Part shown: piece after piece, positions 60,428-64,000 of the stretch
Position numbering within the stretch: position 1 is the first letter of the stretch
Layout of the letters: each line of letters opens with the position of its first letter
The notes under the pieces: generated by a model
The model's input: the letters and a program-made list of their open reading frames with translations, nothing else
Databases searched by the model: none
What the model was told of the DNA's origin: nothing
Position numbers and translations under genes: made by a program
Assembly: GCA_000091205.1 (NCBI GenBank)
Contig: AP006490.2
Reading direction: 5' to 3' (one strand)
Length of the DNA stretch: 64,000 nucleotides
Origin: Cyanidioschyzon merolae
Lineage: Eukaryota

Positions 60428-63400
60428 CTATTCACCGAGGTCGGTCAGCACCATCCGCGGAGCAATAGCCATGGACATGAGCTCCTGGAACAGTAGTTTG
60501 CAGGCATACGGAATCTCGACGGCGGCAATTCGCGTCTTGTTCTTACATCCCCGGCATTCAAAAATAGAGCGTCGGAGATCAGCGATAGCAATGAGGCCGC
60601 ACCTTTCGCACACATGCACGCGATACTTATCGCTCACGTCGCACATGCGCTCTTTGAGTACTGCTGAGGCGCCGTACGCCACAAATACATCTTTCTCCAT
60701 CTCACCGATTCGTAGGCCACCGCCTCGACTTTTGCCCTCAACGGGCTGACGCGTAAGCACCTGCACGGCACCGCGAGCACGGGCTCCCAATTTTTGGTAG
60801 ACCACATGACGGAGACGTTGGTAGTAGTTCACGCCCATAAAGATGGCCGCATTCATCGGGCGACCCGTTTGACCGTTGAAGAGCAGCTCCCAGCCGCGCG
60901 GATCGTAGCCATGGCGAACAAGCTCCCGTCCAATGGCGTCGACGGTGACTGGTGTGAACGCAGTTGCGTCGCCCTCGACCCCGCTGAGCGCACACACTTT
61001 GCCCAGGAGCGCCTCAATCAAATGTGCAATCGTCATTCGACTGGGTACAGCGTGCGGGTTCATGATAATGTCCGGCCGGATACCGTCCACGTTGAACGGA
61101 AGATCCTCCTCGGGCATGCAGAGGCCCATGGTGCCCTTCTGACCGTGTCGGGATGCAAACTTGTCCCCGACTTGCGGGATGAGCTCCGTTCGAACGCGCA
61201 CTTTCACCATTCGCGTTCCCGCCTCTCCCGTACAGATGAGCACCTTGTCGGTAACACCTCGCTCGGTGCGCTTCATGACCAGAGAGCAGTCTTTGCGCGT
61301 TCGCATACCACTTAGGGCGGCCATACCTGAGGCCGTTTCCTGTTCAGCCGCGTCGACTGCGGCACGGGATGCTCCCAGTGGTGCGGTTTTACCCACGAGC
61401 ACATCACCACCGCGAACACGTTCGCCCACACCGATCAAGCCGTCGGATTCGAGTTTTGAGTAGGCGTGTGCTTCTTTCATGCCCAGGGTGACCGCCGGAT
61501 CCGGTTTGCTGATCGTTTCCTGCTGCCCGAAGAGTTTCTTCTGTTCCTCCTCTTTGAAGGTCTTGTAATAGACAGAGCGAAAGAGACCGCGATCCACTGC
61601 AGCTTGGCTCATGATGAGTGAATCCTCCTGATTGTAACCAGAGTAGCACGCAATAGCCACCACAGCGTTGATACCGGCGGGAAGCGTGCGAAACTGCAAA
61701 TGTTCCATAACGCGCGTCGTTACCAGTGGTTTCTGGGGATAATACAGCACATGCGCCATGGTGTCCATACGCAAATTATAATTCGTCAAGTACATACCCA
61801 TCGCTTGCTTGCCCATGGCCGATTGATAGGTGTTACGCGGTGACTGGTTGTGATCCGGGAAAGGAATAATCGACGCACAGACACCGAAAATCATGGAAGG
61901 ATGGATCTCCATATGCGTATAGGTCGCGTGGTCGCCACTCGTCGCCAAATGCTCTTGGTCCATGGCAATCATTACGGTCTCTTCCTCGTTCACGTCGAGA
62001 TATTCGACCAGACCTTCACGAACAAGTCGCGAAAAGGTATAACCGGTGGTTTCATAGTCTCGAAGCAGGTCGATATGTTGCTTGCGGATCCGCAACAAGT
62101 TCGTTTCCGTATCCACGATGAATAGTGGCCGGCAGACGCGTCCAGCGTCTGTTCCAATACGCAGCTCACCGTGGCTGACATCAAACACAATGCTGACCTC
62201 GTCAGCGATCTCACCGGATCGACGTAGCACCCGCAGCGCGGTGACGAGCTCTTCGGGTCGTGGATGAATGCCCACCCAGGAGCCGTTCAGAAAAACTTTT
62301 GTTTGGCGCTTAATTCGTTCGGCGGTTACTTCGTACAGGGGCTCCATCTCGAAGTTGTACAGCATCTCGAGGATATCTGCCACGGGAGTGCCGACGCTGA
62401 TGTACGCCATGAGCGCGAGGTTTTTCACGAGGCCACAAGACTGACCCTCGGGGGTCTCAGCTGGGCAAATCATGCCCCACTGGGTGTTGTGGAGTTGGCG
62501 AGGTTTCGCGAGTTTGCCCTCTCGTCCAATGGGCGAGTTCAAGCGTCGCAGGTGCGATAACGAGGCCGCATATGTTAGGCGATTCAGAACCTGTGATACA
62601 CCTGTTCGAACCGCTGCTTTGCGGTCTGCACGCCAGTTACCCGTTGCGATTGCGTATTTGAGGTTGTCAGTTATTGTGCGACCTTTCACAGCTAACGCAA
62701 TATTCAACTCCTTGCCCATGTCAAGTTGATGCTGCAGAATCGAACGCGCATCCTTGACGACTTTTTGGAACAGCTGACGAAAGAGCCCCGTGAGCAATGG
62801 ACCCGCTAGATCCAGCCGCTTCAGGCCGTAATGGTCGCGATCATCTTCTTCGCGGCGCCCGAGAACAGTAGCCAACAACTGGTGGGTCATGTACCCCAAA
62901 AACCAGGCCTTGGCAGGTTCGTACGCACCGATACCGATGTGCGGCAGGAACTCGAGCTGCAGAACCTCACGGGCATAGCGAATGCGTCGGTCGCGAGTGG
63001 CACCAACAGAATTGCCTCGCTTGCCAATAAAATCCAGAGCCAAGTTTTGATCAGTAATCACTGAGCCCATATCCAGAGATGGCATCAAAAGCGTCTGCAT
63101 TTCCTCATCATCGGTGTCGTAAATGACACGTTCCATTATCTCCCGATCAGACTCGAGGCCCAGGGCGCGGAAGACGACCGCCAGTGGAATATCGGCACGG
63201 ATATACGGCAAGCTGACCATAATGCATTGACCGCTCTGACCTTTGACGCCACCGCGGGTGATTTTGACCTGAGTTGTTCGCGCAGGCTTATTGCCGCGAT
63301 CGAGAACAGATCGACACTCTGCCACATGTGAGTACGGGGCCGTTGATGCTCGCTTGAAAACGTAGACCGCATTGTTGCCCATACGCTCCTGGGCAATCAG

Positions 63401-63982
63401 CGCTTTCTCCGAGCCATTGATGATGAAATAGCCTCCCTGATCGTAAGGGCATTCGCCGATGTTCTGCAGTTGGTACTCTGTGAGGCCATTCAGATGGCAA
63501 AAATCCGAGTGCAACATCATCGGAACCCGACCGAGGTAGAGATTGCGAGCTGGATGTCGAAACTCGCGCTCCTCCTTGGTAGCGGGATCTATTTCGATGT
63601 CGATGCGCGTGACCTCCACGTAAAGCGGCGACGAGTACGACAGGTTGCGCAACCGCGCCTCGTGTGGGAAAAGCACCGTAGGCGTGCCGTCAACCTCCGT
63701 GAAAGTTGGCTTTCCAGCGCTCAACTGACCAAAGGAAATAATGGTCCTCGTCCCCTCGGGAGGCGCTCTTTTGCCTGGCACGTGCTGCGGCTGGGGACGA
63801 AGAACAATATCCGGCGTCTCGTCTACGATTGTTTGACACGCGTTCCCTATGAACTCGTTGAACGAGTCCAGTTGCTGCTTTACGAGACCCTTCTCTCGAA
63901 AGTGAGCAGATATAACGTCCCAGATGTCATCGGCCGAGAGCTGATCTTCTGCGGAAACGGATGCTCGCTGCGGCTTTGCCAT
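60428..63982 (-). CDS. RPB2: DNA-directed RNA polymerase II second-largest subunit (RPB2), 1184 aa, intronless
   Basis: N-terminus MAKPQRASVSAEDQLSADDIWDVISAHFREKGLVKQQLDSFNEF. Internal blocks GYFIINGSEKALIAQER and GQKGT.G. C-terminal Zn ribbon and tail ERCGLIAIADLRRSIFECRGCKNKTRIAAVEIPYACKLLFQELMSMAIAPR. The window ends 18 nt upstream of the ATG. Confidence 0.95.
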   Translation of the reverse strand: MAKPQRASVSAEDQLSADDIWDVISAHFREKGLVKQQLDSFNEFIGNACQTIVDETPDIVLRPQPQHVPGKRAPPEGTRTIISFGQLSAGKPTFTEVDGTPTVLFPHEARLRNLSYSSPLYVEVTRIDIEIDPATKEEREFRHPARNLYLGRVPMMLHSDFCHLNGLTEYQLQNIGECPYDQGGYFIINGSEKALIAQERMGNNAVYVFKRASTAPYSHVAECRSVLDRGNKPARTTQVKITRGGVKGQSGQCIMVSLPYIRADIPLAVVFRALGLESDREIMERVIYDTDDEEMQTLLMPSLDMGSVITDQNLALDFIGKRGNSVGATRDRRIRYAREVLQLEFLPHIGIGAYEPAKAWFLGYMTHQLLATVLGRREEDDRDHYGLKRLDLAGPLLTGLFRQLFQKVVKDARSILQHQLDMGKELNIALAVKGRTITDNLKYAIATGNWRADRKAAVRTGVSQVLNRLTYAASLSHLRRLNSPIGREGKLAKPRQLHNTQWGMICPAETPEGQSCGLVKNLALMAYISVGTPVADILEMLYNFEMEPLYEVTAERIKRQTKVFLNGSWVGIHPRPEELVTALRVLRRSGEIADEVSIVFDVSHGELRIGTDAGRVCRPLFIVDTETNLLRIRKQHIDLLRDYETTGYTFSRLVREGLVEYLDVNEEETVMIAMDQEHLATSGDHATYTHMEIHPSMIFGVCASIIPFPDHNQSPRNTYQSAMGKQAMGMYLTNYNLRMDTMAHVLYYPQKPLVTTRVMEHLQFRTLPAGINAVVAIACYSGYNQEDSLIMSQAAVDRGLFRSVYYKTFKEEEQKKLFGQQETISKPDPAVTLGMKEAHAYSKLESDGLIGVGERVRGGDVLVGKTAPLGASRAAVDAAEQETASGMAALSGMRTRKDCSLVMKRTERGVTDKVLICTGEAGTRMVKVRVRTELIPQVGDKFASRHGQKGTMGLCMPEEDLPFNVDGIRPDIIMNPHAVPSRMTIAHLIEALLGKVCALSGVEGDATAFTPVTVDAIGRELVRHGYDPRGWELLFNGQTGRPMNAAIFMGVNYYQRLRHVVYQKLGARARGAVQVLTRQPVEGKSRGGGLRIGEMEKDVFVAYGASAVLKERMCDVSDKYRVHVCERCGLIAIADLRRSIFECRGCKNKTRIAAVEIPYACKLLFQELMSMAIAPRMVLTDLGE

Positions 63983-64000
63983 GAACGCCAGCGTTCAAAC

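Overview
This window is GC-rich, gene-dense eukaryotic nuclear DNA. The identifiable genes are single uninterrupted ORFs alternating between strands, with 1 to 3 kb spacers. Recognisable genes include RNA polymerase II second-largest subunit (RPB2), Raptor, neutral trehalase, a CRT-like transporter, COQ7, IspD (a plastid MEP-pathway enzyme), a PsuG-PsuK fusion, an FKBP with a transmembrane anchor, an HSDL2-like SDR ending in SKL, an IMPase-family protein, a 4HBT-type thioesterase, a BRCA2-like protein with BRC repeats, a SWIM-finger protein and an SF3A2-like zinc-finger protein. The lack of introns, the presence of a plastid-pathway enzyme, and a tRNA-Glu(TTC)-like gene that appears to carry an insertion in its D-loop are all consistent with a compact, intron-poor, plastid-bearing protist such as a cyanidialean red alga. 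That lineage guess is speculative. The most notable content is a repeat family built around a Fanzor/TnpB-like RuvC nuclease, which is the eukaryotic relative of IS605 OrfB and of OMEGA-type RNA-guided nucleases. One long but degenerate copy sits on the minus strand at about 11.8 to 14.3 kb in an AT-richer island. At least three shorter or truncated copies lie at about 28.5, 34.5 and 47.2 kb. All four share a conserved 3' noncoding block ending in GGGAGGCGTC, which is a candidate guide-RNA scaffold. About 100 bp beyond the long copy's end is a 160-bp duplicate of an internal trehalase segment whose original lies 5.6 kb away. Other structure includes a 109-bp x3 tandem repeat next to the tRNA, a 150-bp x2.5 tandem repeat that encodes near-identical BRC repeats, a 120-bp x9 satellite in the divergent IspD/PsuG-PsuK spacer, and several microsatellites. 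Every call here rests on manual motif recognition. No database search was run.
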